The position numbers were made by a program, and so were the translations under genes. DNA of 63,225 bases, the filler included, from Reticulomyxa filosa (lineage: Eukaryota > Protista > Foraminifera), in the NCBI GenBank assembly GCA_000512085.1. It is 24 parts of 24 records of this genome, joined end to end, with 100 filler letters (N's around TTAATTAATTAA, not from the genome) between each part and the next. Parts side by side here need not be neighbours in the genome. Positions count along the whole stretch, not along the records: positions 1 to 5,798 come from ASPP01010537.1; positions 5,899 to 6,898 come from ASPP01041693.1; positions 6,999 to 9,178 come from ASPP01010013.1; positions 9,279 to 10,636 come from ASPP01003386.1; positions 10,737 to 13,433 come from ASPP01027936.1; positions 13,534 to 22,785 come from ASPP01005104.1; 18 more parts are not named here. One strand, 5' to 3'. The stretch's first letter is position 1. Each line of letters starts with the position of its first letter. Positions 1 to 14,837 of this stretch are shown piece by piece. The notes under the pieces are model-generated. The model was not told the DNA's origin and made no database searches. It was given only the letters and a program-made list of their open reading frames with translations.

Positions 1-92
1 GTAGAGATATACGCATATATGTATTAATGTTAAAATAGATAACTAACTGTTGTTGGAAGACTTTTTAAAAATGTCGGAAGGCATGTGCGATC

Positions 93-905
93 TCAATGCA
101 AATGCAATGCGATCTCTCGCGAATGGAATTCGGTTCCGTGATGAAGCATGAGGACTTGACAAGCAATGTCAACACTTGGACACTTGACAAAGGCCTGACA
201 TTGCGGCTTGGGAATGATTTCGACAGCAATGACAAAGCCTTCTCCACCTAAGAGATTGAAGACCTCCTCTTTGGTACAGCGTTCAGGGAGATTGGAAATA
301 TGGAGGATTTGAGATGGCTTTCCGATGGAAACAGGATTGTATTTCAAGGAGGTTAGTCCATTGGAAGAAGTAGTTTGAGATGTGAGATTGATAGTTGTTT
401 CATCATCGTTATGACCACCTTTGTTTGCTGCCAAATGACTCGACTTGCCACCAAAGCGATGCATTTTAGTATTGGTATAGTCTTTGGTTAGACTTTTGGC
501 ATCGGGAAATTTTGAATTACTCGTGGGCGAGTCTTTGGGGAGTTTGACTCGAGTCATTCGTGATAAGGACACATGAATCATTTTTCCAAACAATTGGATC
601 CGATCCAAGCAATGCACGACAAAGCATGCTTGCCGATAATTGGCCATTTGAACAAACGCAGTATCCCTACGATTGTAGCTGATCTTCACTCGAACGACGT
701 CTCCAAACACACCACACAGTATGAACAAGCAATCGCAATTGATCTTTTCTTCGTTCAGATTATTTACCATCACGACGGGGGTATTGATTATAGCTCCTCC
801 CATATTATTGTTCATCATCATCATTGGATTTTTAAATGCCATATGATGAAGCGATTGTTGTTGTTGTTGTTTGCTGTCCTCCATTGTTCGATGGAGAGTA
901 ATCAT
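93..905 (-). CDS. PTB/hnRNP L-like RNA-binding protein, C-terminal RRM pair (part of a larger gene)
   Basis: VVMVNNLNEEKINCDCLFILCGVFGDVVRVKI..RRDTAFVQM, KDYTNTKMHRF and PSQILHISNLP match the RRM3-linker-RRM4 of the PTB/hnRNP L family. Confidence 0.8.
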   Translation of the reverse strand: MITLHRTMEDSKQQQQQSLHHMAFKNPMMMMNNNMGGAIINTPVVMVNNLNEEKINCDCLFILCGVFGDVVRVKISYNRRDTAFVQMANYRQACFVVHCLDRIQLFGKMIHVSLSRMTRVKLPKDSPTSNSKFPDAKSLTKDYTNTKMHRFGGKSSHLAANKGGHNDDETTINLTSQTTSSNGLTSLKYNPVSIGKPSQILHISNLPERCTKEEVFNLLGGEGFVIAVEIIPKPQCQAFVKCPSVDIACQVLMLHHGTEFHSREIALHLH

Positions 906-1410
906 CTGCTGTGGAATTGTTTAATCCTTCATCCACCACGCTTTCATCCAGATCACTCGACATTCCCGTACTTAACGTGTTGGTGATCGCCCCTGCACTG
1001 GCACCTGTCCCCACACTTGCGTCAAGATACGGTGACACTCCCCCACCGATGAAAGACTGATGATATCCTGCCGAAGACTGCATTCGAGTGGATTCGATCA
1101 CACCTGCATTGCCATGCAATGGATAAGCTGACATCTGTCTCGATATCATGTTTGCGCTTTGGATAGATCTGTCGTAGTTACCTACATTCGCATTGTTCGT
1201 CCCATGCAATAGTCCATTATATGGCAATGTGCTTCCCCCAATGCCCGAGTTCAGCGAGCCCGTGAATAGTTCCGGCTGACTATTTGTCATCGATAGTTGT
1301 GGTGGCAGTACGCCCGGGCCAGAGCCCAACTGACCAACCCCAGAGGGTCCAGAAGGACTTCGCCAGAAAGCTGTACACATTTAACAAAAATCAATCTATA
1401 TACATACATA

Positions 1411-1441
<31 letters not shown>

Positions 1442-2829
1442 ATTACATATATATAAAAATCTGTGTTGTTGATTACAAACTCTTAACTTGTTTGCAACAG
1501 TACATTGGAAGAATTTTTGTTGTTTAATGGCAGCGTGTGGGTACCATAATGCTGGTGATTGATATCGTTATTGTTGAAAGCAGGCTGGAAGGTGCGATTT
1601 GCAAAAGCGGCGGAGGAGTGCTGTGGGATCCGTACATTGGCGCTCGGCGGCGAAAGCGCGTCGGCAAAGAGCCCGGAGCTGATGGGTGTGTGTACGCCCG
1701 TGGGGGTCAAATTGACGAATGGGGAATGGGGCGTATATGGGAGATGGAAAGAAGAGGGATGAGAGGACGAGGTGGGATTGTGATTGGAAAAGGAGGTCCA
1801 GGCCTGTTGTTGCTGTTGTTGAGATTGTGGCAATGTGACTTCCAATTCCATTTTTTGCGAAGACAGTGTTTCCATTACCGACGGTTGTTGCGCCGAGCCG
1901 TTATCAAACGAATACAGGTGACCACTGCTACCAGAATAATGGTATGGATTGTGTGTGTCACAGAGAAGGCCGTGATTGCCATGATTACTTCCAACGTCTG
2001 TCGCGAATGCAAACAGACACGCATGCACGCATACAGTTTTTTTTTTTTAAAAAGTGGGTTAAACATACATTTAGGCAATCTAAAAAAAAAATATTTCTTT
2101 TTTTTTTTTTTTTTACAAAACTTTGATTGGATTCGTATGGCGATGGCTTTTGTATCATCGAAGACAACAGAGATTTGTTATCCGTAATATCATTGCAAGG
2201 GATCGTGCGATTGTTGCTAGCGCTAACGTTTCCAACCAAAGTGGACAATAAAGGATGATTGGCGGTGAGCGACTTTCCTTTGTCGCAATCGGGTCCGTGT
2301 CCATATAAGTTCAACGATAGATTCATATCTTTGTTGCCTTCGATTTCATCGTGAGTATACGTAGCGCTGCTGTGACTTAAGTGTCTGTCCGTGCTTGTCG
2401 ACCGCAAGTAGTCAAGCAAGCCAACGGAATCGCATTGATTTCGTTTCAGTCTTATTTCCAAGAACAAGTCTTCCATTTTCACATTTTCATTGATGCTGCT
2501 CAGCGTGTCATGTAACTGGTTCATCATTCTTTGGACAAGGTGCAAAAAACCTTTTTTGCGATTCAGCAGCGTCAACGCTTCCATGTGTGACCTGCAATTC
2601 CAATTTACCACCGGCAGCACATTCATCTCTTCCATGCTTTCCATTAATGGACGACTTGGCCTTCGTCTGGTTCCCAATTTGGGTTTGTACTCGTCGTCGT
2701 CGTCGTCGTCGTCGTTGTCACTGCCATCACCATTTTCATTTGTATTTGCGTTTGTATTGTCATGTTCATTGTCATTATCATTTTCATTTGCATTTGCATT
2801 AGTGTTGCCTACATCATCACGATCATGAT

Positions 2830-2863
<34 letters not shown>

Positions 2864-3671
2864 ATTGTCATTGTTGTCGTTAACATCTTTCTCATGCTTG
2901 ACACTGTTTGTATTCGCTGCGTCATCACCCTTCAAGTGAACCATCATCAATGGCCTTCCTTTGAAGTCACGTAGCTCAATACTTTTGTTCCTCGCAAAGA
3001 TGATTGGCCAAGTGCTTGTGCTGTCATGATCATTACTACTGCTACCACCTCCTCTAAGCACTGCCATCGGCTGTGGTCCATTTTCCATGCCACTACCGAC
3101 GTCATCCCCCGGGTCAAGTTGGGCGTTATTGTGTTGGGGCTTGGATTCGAACATGTACCGTTGCTATCTGCGCTTACGCGGATTGAACTGTCCGTCAATG
3201 ATGATGGACCATGTGATTTTGATCCGTTTTGCGTTTTTTCTTGTTTCTCACTTGTTCCATTGCCACGCAATGAGTTGCGATTGCAACGTCGAATTTCAAC
3301 TGCACATCCTTTTTTTTTTTTTTTTTTTGGGGTGTATGCGTCTTTTTTTTTTTTTTGTATAAAGTTACAAAAAAAAAAAAAATATGTTATTATAATAATA
3401 ACATTTTTGAGATTGGCTCACCATTGAACGTCGGCAAATCGCCCTCTTTTTTCTTCTCTCGAAAACTCCCAAACACATGTGTTGCAGTGGTAATGTCCAC
3501 AAGCTCGACAAAAATACCGCTTTCATTATTCGATATGTGTGTGTCCACAATACAGCTTTTTGCTTCATTTTTTGGATCACATCCACAATCATGGAAGGAA
3601 TGTATTATCGATACCAGTTTTGGAAAGGGGAGTATGTCTTTTCCTATTGCATCACATTTCACGCACAGCAC
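832..3671 (-). CDS. Low-complexity (N/D/Q/S-rich) upstream exons, probably the N-terminal part of the PTB-like gene
   Basis: Same-strand ORFs 832-1380, 1483-2028, 1985-3154, 2947-3270 and 3390-3671 are separated by AT-rich or homopolymer introns and apparent frameshifts. Linkage to the RRM exon is inferred. Confidence 0.45.
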
Positions 3672-4415
3672 GCGAGTAATCTCACCCTTACTCTTATTGT
3701 TCGAACTGGCCGTAGCCTCATCACCATTCGTGGTGGTTTGGTCAAAATTTGAGGTCTATATTTTGTTGGACGTTATCAACGCACATATATTCTATTCTTT
3801 AAACTAAAACAACAATGATCACTGTTTTTCACAAAATCTGCACACTTTTTGTTTGCCAAAATCTGCCATCAAATCAGAAAAAGTTTTTTTTAATTGTCGT
3901 TGTTACTTGTGTTCGAGCCTAAAAGTCAAAAGTACTTACGAAAACAAACCGACTACTTTTTCATGCTTTTACTCGTGAAAAAGGCATACCATGATCAAAA
4001 TATTGCTATTTGTGCAAGTCATTTTATATCTAGTCTGAAAGGATAACATCCATGGCAATATATTGCACATTATCCTCGAAAAATTGTTCTATTTTTGCTT
4101 TCATGAATTTTCCAAAAATTTTTAACTTTTTATTCGCTTAGTTTAAATATTATGACAGTGAGAAATATGCACTATTTATTAAAATAGAATCCTGCATTGC
4201 AATATGACTTCAGCATGTTATACGTTAATTATTAAAAATTTTTGACAGTGACGAAGAGATATACCAATTCTGTTTTTAAAATTGTATTCCAATATTTTTC
4301 TTTTCAATCGTAACTTTGTGGAACTTTTTTGTTTTCAACACTGCTTGTGAAAGTTTTTTGTTTTTGGTTGGTTGCAAGATTTGTTCTTTTTTGCTAGAAA
4401 GAACTTGTTGCCAGT

Positions 4416-5551
4416 ATGTTTGTGATAAAGCGTAATGGCCAAAAAGAGTCAGTACATTTTGACAAAATAACCAGTCGAATCAGCAATCTATGTTGGGGAT
4501 TTTCTCCAGTAGTAGATCCAATAGAAATAGCCAAAAAAGTTAATTAATATAATCTGTTTCTTGCATCCAAATGTGTTCAAAATGTGATTGTGTATTTTGG
4601 TGTTTTTGACAAATTCAGGTATGCGGAGGCGTTTATTCAGGAGTTACGACATCACAATTGGATGAATTGGCAGCTGAAACTGCAGCGCACATGATTACAA
4701 TTCATCCTGATTACGGAATGTTGGCTGCACGTATTGAAGTATCCAACTTGCACAAGTCCACAATGAAATCGTTCAGTGATGTTATCGCTGCCCTGTACGG
4801 CTATATCAATCCCCGAAACGGTGAGCCAGGCCCTTTGGTTAGCAAGAGAGTGTATGACATTGTGATGGAAAACAAAGAGAAATTGAATGGAGCCGTAGTG
4901 TAGTTTAGTGTTTTCGTTTGCATTGCATGTTCGATTTTGCAATGTAAGAAAAAAAAATTTTCAATCACAAAGTGTCTCATTTTTTTTTTTATTTTTTTTT
5001 TTTTTTTTTTTTGGGTTTTGGAATGTTTAATAAGTGTTGAGACAAATTTGGAAGGATTAAAAAAAAAATAAAATTGTATTGATAGCACCCGGGACTTTGA
5101 TTATGACTACTTCGGTATTAAAACGCTTGAGCGATCCTACTTGCTCAAATTAAATGGAGAAATTGCCGAGAGACCACAGCACATGCTCATGCGAGTGTCC
5201 CTCGGTATTCACATGGAGGACTTGGACGCTGCCATAGAAACGTACAATCTGATGAGTCAAAAATGGTTTACTCATGCTTCGCCCACGTTGTTCAACGGAG
5301 GAACACCTCGTCCCCAGCTGTCGTCGTGTTTTCTGTTGACCATGAAAGATGATTCCATTGAGGGAATTTATGATACATTAAAGGTATGTTTTGTCCCCCC
5401 CCATAAATCAATCACCTTTACCTCAATTTTGATTTTTTTTTTTTTTAATAGCAAGAGAAAAAAAAAGTCCGAAAACAGGAAAAATGTTGTATTCGGAGTG
5501 TGAAAATAAAACTGTAATAAGAAACAAAAACTCCGAAATAATATTGTAATG

Positions 5552-5583
<32 letters not shown>

Positions 5584-5798
5584 TTGTCAAACAGCAATGT
5601 GCGCAAATATCGAAAAATGCGGGTGGTATTGGTCTTGCCGTGCATTGCATTCGAAGTGCTGGTGCTTATATTCGTGGAACAAATGGTGTGTCAAATGGAC
5701 TTGTTCCCATGTTGCGAGTGTTCAATAACACTGCTCGTTATGTTGACCAAGGTGGTGGCAAAAGGAAAGGTTTGTCAATTGATTTGAGCAAAAAGGGG
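4416..5798 (+). CDS. RRM1: Ribonucleoside-diphosphate reductase large subunit (class Ia), multi-exon, 3' truncated
   Basis: ATP cone [22 protein letters not shown]; [15 protein letters not shown]; [10 protein letters not shown]; [23 protein letters not shown]; [32 protein letters not shown]. Confidence 0.96.
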
Positions 5799-5898
5799 NN
5801 NNNNNNNNNNNNNNNNNNNNNNNNNNNNNNNNNNNNNNNNNNTTAATTAATTAANNNNNNNNNNNNNNNNNNNNNNNNNNNNNNNNNNNNNNNNNNNN
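5799..5898. other. Artificial contig spacer (N44-TTAATTAATTAA-N44); recurs about 23 times through the window
   Basis: The same 100-nt linker, with stops in all frames, separates segments of very different composition (e.g. 6899-6998, 9179-9278, 33483-33582, 60388-60487). Confidence 0.98.
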
Positions 5899-6200
5899 AT
5901 ATGATCAATTTTTTCTTAATTCAAAAACCCTCTTTTTGAAATCTATTTGTTCGTATTCAACACAGTAAATGTGCTACTGTAATGAATTAGTCAGAAAAAA
6001 AGACAAAATTAATTATTCAAAATTGGACTCGGATTTTAGACATCCAACACAATACTTGAGCGGCGATTACTTTGCGTGCTTAATCAATTTTAGTGAAATT
6101 TGTCTTGTTTGTTCCCCCTTCATATCGGTGGATTAATCAAACTCATTTCAGATCATTGGATCATTTTTGCTCAAAGATAAGCAAATAGAAGAAGAAGACA

Positions 6201-6754
6201 ATGAGCAGCACTTCAGCAGATGGCAAAAATATTGCTTTAGGTTCAAAGATAAAACAATACGATTATAGAATGTGAACAATAGGAAAACACTACGAAAACT
6301 GGAGGAATAAACAATATAAAATATTCATCAGATGGACAGATGATTTTGTCAGCATCTGGCGACAAAACAATTGGGTTATGGAATGCAAAGTCTGGTGGAA
6401 TGTTGAAACGAATTGAAGATAACTCAAACCCTGTAACATGTGCAAAATTTTCCAGATTGTCAGTTTATTGTCCCCAGCTCAGATAATGCAATTCGGATAT
6501 AGGATGTGGAATCAGGAAAAGAACTGAAAATATTGAAAGGTCATTTAAATACTGTGTATGATGTGAAATACTTTCCAGATGATCAAACTATTGTATCATG
6601 TCTATGTGACAAGACGATTCGATTGTGGAATGTAAAATCAGGAGATGAAATACAAATACTGGAAGGAGATTCTCCAGTTCTATGTATTGATATTTCAGCA
6701 GATGGAAATACAATTGCATCAGGTTCGGACAAATCAATTCGAATATGGAGATAA
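6201..6754 (+). pseudogene. Degenerate WD40-repeat gene
   Basis: LKGHLNTVYDVKYFPDDQTIVS..DKTIRLWN and IASGSDKSIRIW; the upstream repeats are broken by stops and frameshifts. Confidence 0.75.
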
Positions 6755-6998
6755 TGTTACGTATATGCTTTTTTTTAACAATAAAAGGGATTATGTTTCT
6801 ATTCAACTTGACGAAACATTAAATGAATTTGAAAGTTTTTTGAGATTTTTTAAGTGAGATTTCAAAAAGAACAAAACAAAGAGACTTTTAATTTTTGANN
6901 NNNNNNNNNNNNNNNNNNNNNNNNNNNNNNNNNNNNNNNNNNTTAATTAATTAANNNNNNNNNNNNNNNNNNNNNNNNNNNNNNNNNNNNNNNNNNNN

Positions 6999-7188
6999 GT
7001 CGGTCAGGGTGAAATCGGCGCCGGTTTCCAGCGTCACCGATTCGGTGGCCAGGTTGACGTTGGCCGCATGAATGCCGGGCACCTTGTGCAGGGCCTTTTC
7101 CACGCGCAAGACACAGCGTGGCACAGGTCATACCCAGCACCGGAAAGCGCAGGGTCTGGCTGGCAGCGGGAGAAGTGAAACGGGACAT
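6999..7188 (-). CDS. copA: Copper/heavy-metal P1B ATPase, N-terminal HMA domain (bacterial, partial, one-base frameshift)
   Basis: Removing one base after GMTCA restores [31 protein letters not shown]; a CueR-type promoter lies upstream. Confidence 0.8.
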
Positions 7189-7228
7189 GATGCGGACTCC
7201 TTGATCGGGGTTGTGAAGTCAGCATCGG

Positions 7229-7251
7229 CCTTCCCATCGTTGGAAGGTCAA
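7229..7251 (-). promoter_or_regulatory. CueR (MerR-family) operator/promoter upstream of copA
   Basis: Minus strand TTGACCTTCC-AACGATG-GGAAGG: the CCTTCC-N7-GGAAGG dyad overlapping a TTGACC -35 element. Confidence 0.85.
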
Positions 7252-7340
7252 GCCCTATTTTGACAAAAATAATCAATGGAGGCAGCGCTCAAAAAGCAAC
7301 ATGCCCCGCGGAGGCAGGGGCATGTCGGGGGCGGGAGCGC

Positions 7341-7537
7341 TTACGCCAGCCGCGCCGGATAACCCATCTCGGTCAGCAGCTCGCAGACGGTCTGCAGCGC
7401 CTCGTCGGTATCGATGCTGGCCCGGCCACTGGTACGGTCGATATCCACTATGGCTTGGGCATCCAGATCCTTCAGTGCCTGGTTGTCTTGGCGACACAGC
7501 TGCCGCAGCCGATATTGTCTACTTGCAGGGTATACAT
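7341..7537 (-). CDS. copZ: CopZ-like metal chaperone (HMA domain), with a frameshift
   Basis: ATG at 7537 gives MYTLQVDNIGCGSCVAK; after a frame change it continues ..ALKDLDAQAIVDIDRTSGRASIDTDEALQTVCELLTEMGYPARLA. Confidence 0.75.
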
Positions 7538-7589
7538 GGTGCGTCCTTTGCATGGAATGCGGCCAACCTTGGCCGTCATTGCAGTCTGG

Positions 7590-7613
7590 ACCTTGCCATG
7601 ATGGCAAGGTCAA
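7590..7613 (-). promoter_or_regulatory. Second CueR/GolS-type operator, upstream of copZ
   Basis: Perfect dyad ACCTTGCCAT-G-ATGGCAAGGT; -35 TTGACC, then a 19-bp spacer and CAGACT, the typical MerR-family spacing. Confidence 0.85.
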
Positions 7614-7737
7614 CATCCACCGCGATATTCCTGCATTGAACACCCGTGCATGCCTGTTCAGGCGGACTTAAGGTGGGTTCTGCTAGTCTGCTCCTCCGCC
7701 GAGGCTAGCTAGCCTTGAACAACATGAGGCTACGTAC

Positions 7738-8318
7738 ATGGAAAACTGGAACCATCACCTTTTCATGCTGATCAACGCTGGCAGCCATCCTTCGACTGCC
7801 CTGCTGACGATGGCAATGTTTCTTGCGCAGTGGTTGATCTACGGTATTCCGCTGGTACTGGTATGGCTGTGGATCAGAGGTGGGCAGTTGAACGACATGC
7901 AGCTGTCAGTGCTGCTTTCGGCGTAGGTCTGGCACTGCTAGTGGGGCAGATCATCACTGTGGTATGGCCACATCCTCGCCCTTTCATGATCGGCTTGGGC
8001 CATACGTTGCTGGCGCACAAATCCGAGGCGTCCTTTCCCAGTGATCACGCCACGGTATTTTTCACCCTTGGCATCGGCATCCTGTTTTCAGGCCTGCGCA
8101 AACTGGGCACCGGGCTACTACTAGCAGGAGCTTTGGTCGGCTGGTCCCGCGTGTTTCTAGGGGTGCATTTCCCACTCGATATCGTCGGGGCACTGATTGT
8201 TGCACTGCCCTGTGCCTGGTTGGTGTGGAGAGCCTTTCAGCATCAGAGCGGAGCTCAACTCATCACCGTTTTGGAAAAACTGTATGACCTGAGTTATCGG
8301 CGGGCTATCAAGCGATAA
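7738..8318 (+). CDS. PAP2-family undecaprenyl-pyrophosphate phosphatase (BcrC/YbjG-like), with a frameshift
   Basis: PHPRPF, SFPSDHAT and WSRVFLGVHFPLD motifs; the N-terminus MENWNHHLFMLINA is in another frame. Confidence 0.85.
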
Positions 8319-8538
8319 GTATGCTCCGAAGATCACGCATGACAAACGTAAGAAATAGTTGAGTCGCCAGAACCTTTGTAGGCATATTCCCGAGGCAGAA
8401 GAGATCGCATGTCTGAAATTCTGTGTGAACCGGTCTGCTTTTCACTATGTTAACGGACCGCTTTGGCCGATGAGCCAGCATAGTGCGGCTGGATGCTGTG
8501 TTGAAAACCATTTGGTAGCTACTGATTCAGATTCGCGG

Positions 8539-9178
8539 CAATAGCTGTCTGATGAGCATGCTCACTGCCGATCTAGCACGGCTTATTGCTCAAGTGCTTA
8601 TGTGGCTTGTTCCTTGGTTTTCTTGGTTTAGATAACCCATCTCGATGGAGATAGGTGCTGCTGGCAATCAGTAAAAAAACCTCCTTGAGCAGTAAAGTCG
8701 CGTTTGCAGCCAGCAGAAGGATGGGCGGCAGTACTTGCTTTAGTGCCGTATGAGCATAGCCGTGATTAATTCTTCTCCCTGCTCGGAGCGGTTTATCTGC
8801 TGCCGCAGCGAGGCAAGCCAAAGCTTGCAAATTGTCGCACAGCACCTTGGCAGCAAAATCTTGCATCGCCGCTAGTTGAGATAGCCCAGACACGTGTTCC
8901 AAATTCAGGCGATGCTTCAGCCGTTTGAAGGCTTCTTCGATCCGCCATCGTTGGTGGTAAAGTTCACTAAACTCGGCCACTGGAAATTCCTGGGAATCAA
9001 GCAAGTTGGTCATTAACACATGAGTGGTGTTTCCATCAGGGGAAATACTGCGGACAAGGCGAACTTCTTGCGGCATATCGGGGCAACCGTAATCAGCAAC
9101 ATCACTTTGATCCGGCGCGTTCAGCGTGACAATGGCCTCTACATCGTCAGAACGCAAAAACTTACGCACGCATTCGAA
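8539..9178 (-). mobile_element. IS4-family insertion sequence, 3' part (transposase 8573-9178; putative terminal IR about 8539-8556)
   Basis: LMTNL and YHQRWRIEEAFKRLK (Y-x2-R-x3-E-x6-K signature); CAATAGCTGTC lies just past the stop and resembles an IS4 end. Confidence 0.85.
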
Positions 9179-9699
9179 NNNNNNNNNNNNNNNNNNNNNN
9201 NNNNNNNNNNNNNNNNNNNNNNTTAATTAATTAANNNNNNNNNNNNNNNNNNNNNNNNNNNNNNNNNNNNNNNNNNNNTTAGTATCTTGACTTGTCCAAC
9301 TTCAATTCCCTTCCAAAAACAATTTTTTAGCAAGTTGAAAATGATGATGAATGTAGCTAGATTTTTTTTTTCGAAACGTTATTTGTGCACTTCTATAACA
9401 ATTCAATACAAAGCAACAATCAAATTAATAGGTATTGTACAGTGATTAAAAACAAGAATCAAAGGTAAGAAGGAACAAAGCATTTAATTACCTTTTGTCT
9501 CCGAACAATTGAAAATCAAAAAAAAGCCGTTGATACATTGGAAGAATTTGGATATGAAATAAAAAGGTGGAAAGATTTAAAAATATGCCATTTGCAAAAT
9601 CAGAATAATCAAAGAAGAGAAAAAATCACTAAATCTATTGCTTGAATAAATTGCAAATAATGAATTCCAATACATATGAAAAAGTTTGGATCATCAATT

Positions 9700-10560
9700 G
9701 ATATCACCTTATGATCAAAAAAATTGATCAATCGGTCGTATTGTTTAATTGGATACCAAAACCAGATCGAGATCGCATTTTTTTAAAGCTTTTGCACTGG
9801 GAGGATGTGAAGGTGCCCGACTACTCCTTGCTTTGTCATTCATTCATCACTGTTATTCACCCTGGCTCCTCTGTCGAAAGTGCAAACCAAAGTAAGTTGA
9901 AGGACCTGGACCAAAATATACAATGACACCAAAAAACATAAAAAATAATTACGATCGTCCACAAAACACAACAAACAATTTAAAAGGATATTCAATTGTT
10001 TCAAATTGAGTGAAAGTTTAAATTTTTGCTAGTTCCTAACAACTTTGACTCTTGTCTCAGATTACAATGTCTTCTATCCAATCGCCAAACTTCTCAGGTT
10101 TGATGTATCGAAATTGAAATGCGGTGGCAATGTCTTGGTTGCTTGCCATGTTCTCTAGTGCATTAGGAAATGTTCCACAGTTACTTCTTCACCTTCACAC
10201 TATCTGCAGTCTAGCGAATCCGCTCTTTTGATCTTGTACATGAAAGATCCCACTTTACATTTAATCAATCTTCAAACATATATGCATTCATGCACATCCA
10301 GTCGATGCAAAACAATCATAAATTTTTTTTATATCTTAATAAAAAGGTCTTCTAAACAAATCAAGTTGATCAAATTCTACTTGTAATCTTGCTTCTTCAT
10401 AAATGCGTATGATTGTTTGTTTCCTGTACCCCAGAATATCCTTTGATTCAATAAATATCATATCATTTTCTACTGGTTCTTTCATCATTGTTGATATTAT
10501 GCAATATGTAATGCTCTGAATTGCATTTGTTTTGGATCGCATTCACAGAAAATTTACAAT
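9700..10560. mobile_element. Degenerate non-LTR (LINE-like) retroelement relic
   Basis: The minus strand near 10160-10215 reads DCR*CEGEEVTVEHFLMH*, resembling the LINE ORF2 C-terminal zinc knuckle. It shares CCAAAACCAGATCGAGATC with the relic near 33300. Confidence 0.45.
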
Positions 10561-10777
10561 CAGATAATTACAATTCGTTCATCTTTGTCATCTTAATTTT
10601 GTTGAACATATTTCAATACTTGACTACTTGCATCAANNNNNNNNNNNNNNNNNNNNNNNNNNNNNNNNNNNNNNNNNNNNTTAATTAATTAANNNNNNNN
10701 NNNNNNNNNNNNNNNNNNNNNNNNNNNNNNNNNNNNTATATTTTATTTTATTTTTTGAAAAAAATAAAATATATTAA

Positions 10778-13365
<2,588 letters not shown>

Positions 13366-14837
13366 TTTCTTTTTTATTAATTGTAAAACAAAAAAAAAAA
13401 AAGGGGTTGAATGTTGTTGGTTATGAAAGGGATNNNNNNNNNNNNNNNNNNNNNNNNNNNNNNNNNNNNNNNNNNNNTTAATTAATTAANNNNNNNNNNN
13501 NNNNNNNNNNNNNNNNNNNNNNNNNNNNNNNNNATATTTAAAAACTACACGATTCGTAGATATTTTTTTTAAAAAAATTTTGATTAAATGTTGTTTTTTC
13601 ATGGAGAAACACAATCATCTCTATAAGGTGGCATTTTAGATGTCAACTTTCTTTTTTATCTTAATGTACTTATCAAACTATTGTTAATAAAAACATTGCA
13701 ATGTTTAAACTTATTTTGTGTGAAATTTCTTAAATCAAACGGCAAGTAGCTGCAACCAAAAAAGTTAACAATCTTTGATTGTCATTTTTTCTAAAGTGAC
13801 ATTTACAGAACAAGTATATTCACGAAAACTAATGCAAATTTTTGTGACAAAAAATATTTTTGAGAATAAGAAATTGTGACTGTTGTTGAACTTGGAGGAA
13901 AATAATTTAAAACTTGTTTCACTGAATTAATGACAAAGAGATGTTATTTCAAAAATAATCAACTTTTAAAATTAAAAAGACAAAAACAAAGCGCTGCAGT
14001 TGAGCAAAGAAGACTTAAACAATTTCTTTATCCCTTTTACAAAAAAACTAAAGTACTTCATCTTTCATTACAAGGATATCTTCTTTTTCAAATAAGAATT
14101 TTCTGTTCCATGTAAATTTTGTATGCTAACTGTTCTTCGGTTGCCTCTTTCTCTAAGTCGTCGTCTTAATCAAAAATATTGTCCTAGTTCAACTAATTTA
14201 TGAATGCTACTATCAATCTTTACTTGCTCCTCCAGACTAAATTTACTGTTAAGTACAAAAACAACTAATTATTATAAGTAATGTTTTTAGTTTTTTAAAA
14301 GTATACTTTAAAAAACTAAACTTTTTTCTTCACTCAATTGTAGATCCAATATTCTTTAGTCACACAAAATTTCTTACATCATAATTATCGACTGTTGGAC
14401 TGTATACGGTCAAATAAGTCAATTAATAATAATATTTCTAGACTCCTTTTCCATTTTTCTAACGTGTCGACATGTTAATTGTAAATTCAATAAATTACTA
14501 TGTTTTTATCATACGTACATTTATTTGTTTTTTGTTATACGTAAATACTTTTTTTGCACCTTTTTCGTCTTCAATTTTTAAATATCGCATACTTCTGTGA
14601 GCTCTTGCATACGAACAGACCGCTCTTGTAGCAAATGATTAAAAGTATAACAATTTTTTAAAAAGTACGAAAAATATATTTCTGAAACTACCAAAAAGAA
14701 TTGTATCAGCTTTTTATAGTGCTTGTCTAAATTTTATTGTTTGCAATTTTAACACTTTGCAATGTGCGGAAACAAGTGACAAGTTTTTTTTAAGCGAGCG
14801 CACTAAAGGTTTTCTTAAAAAGAAATAAAATATTGAC

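Noticed and set aside
5843-5854. Recurrent TTAATTAATTAA palindrome as a biological repeat
   Set aside because: It is always centred in N runs and is an artificial concatenation linker.
6999-8318. Frameshifts in copA, copZ and PAP2 (and rplW) as endosymbiont genome decay
   Set aside because: Single-base indels also hit an essential ribosomal gene while the surrounding sequence is well conserved; low-coverage sequencing error is simpler.
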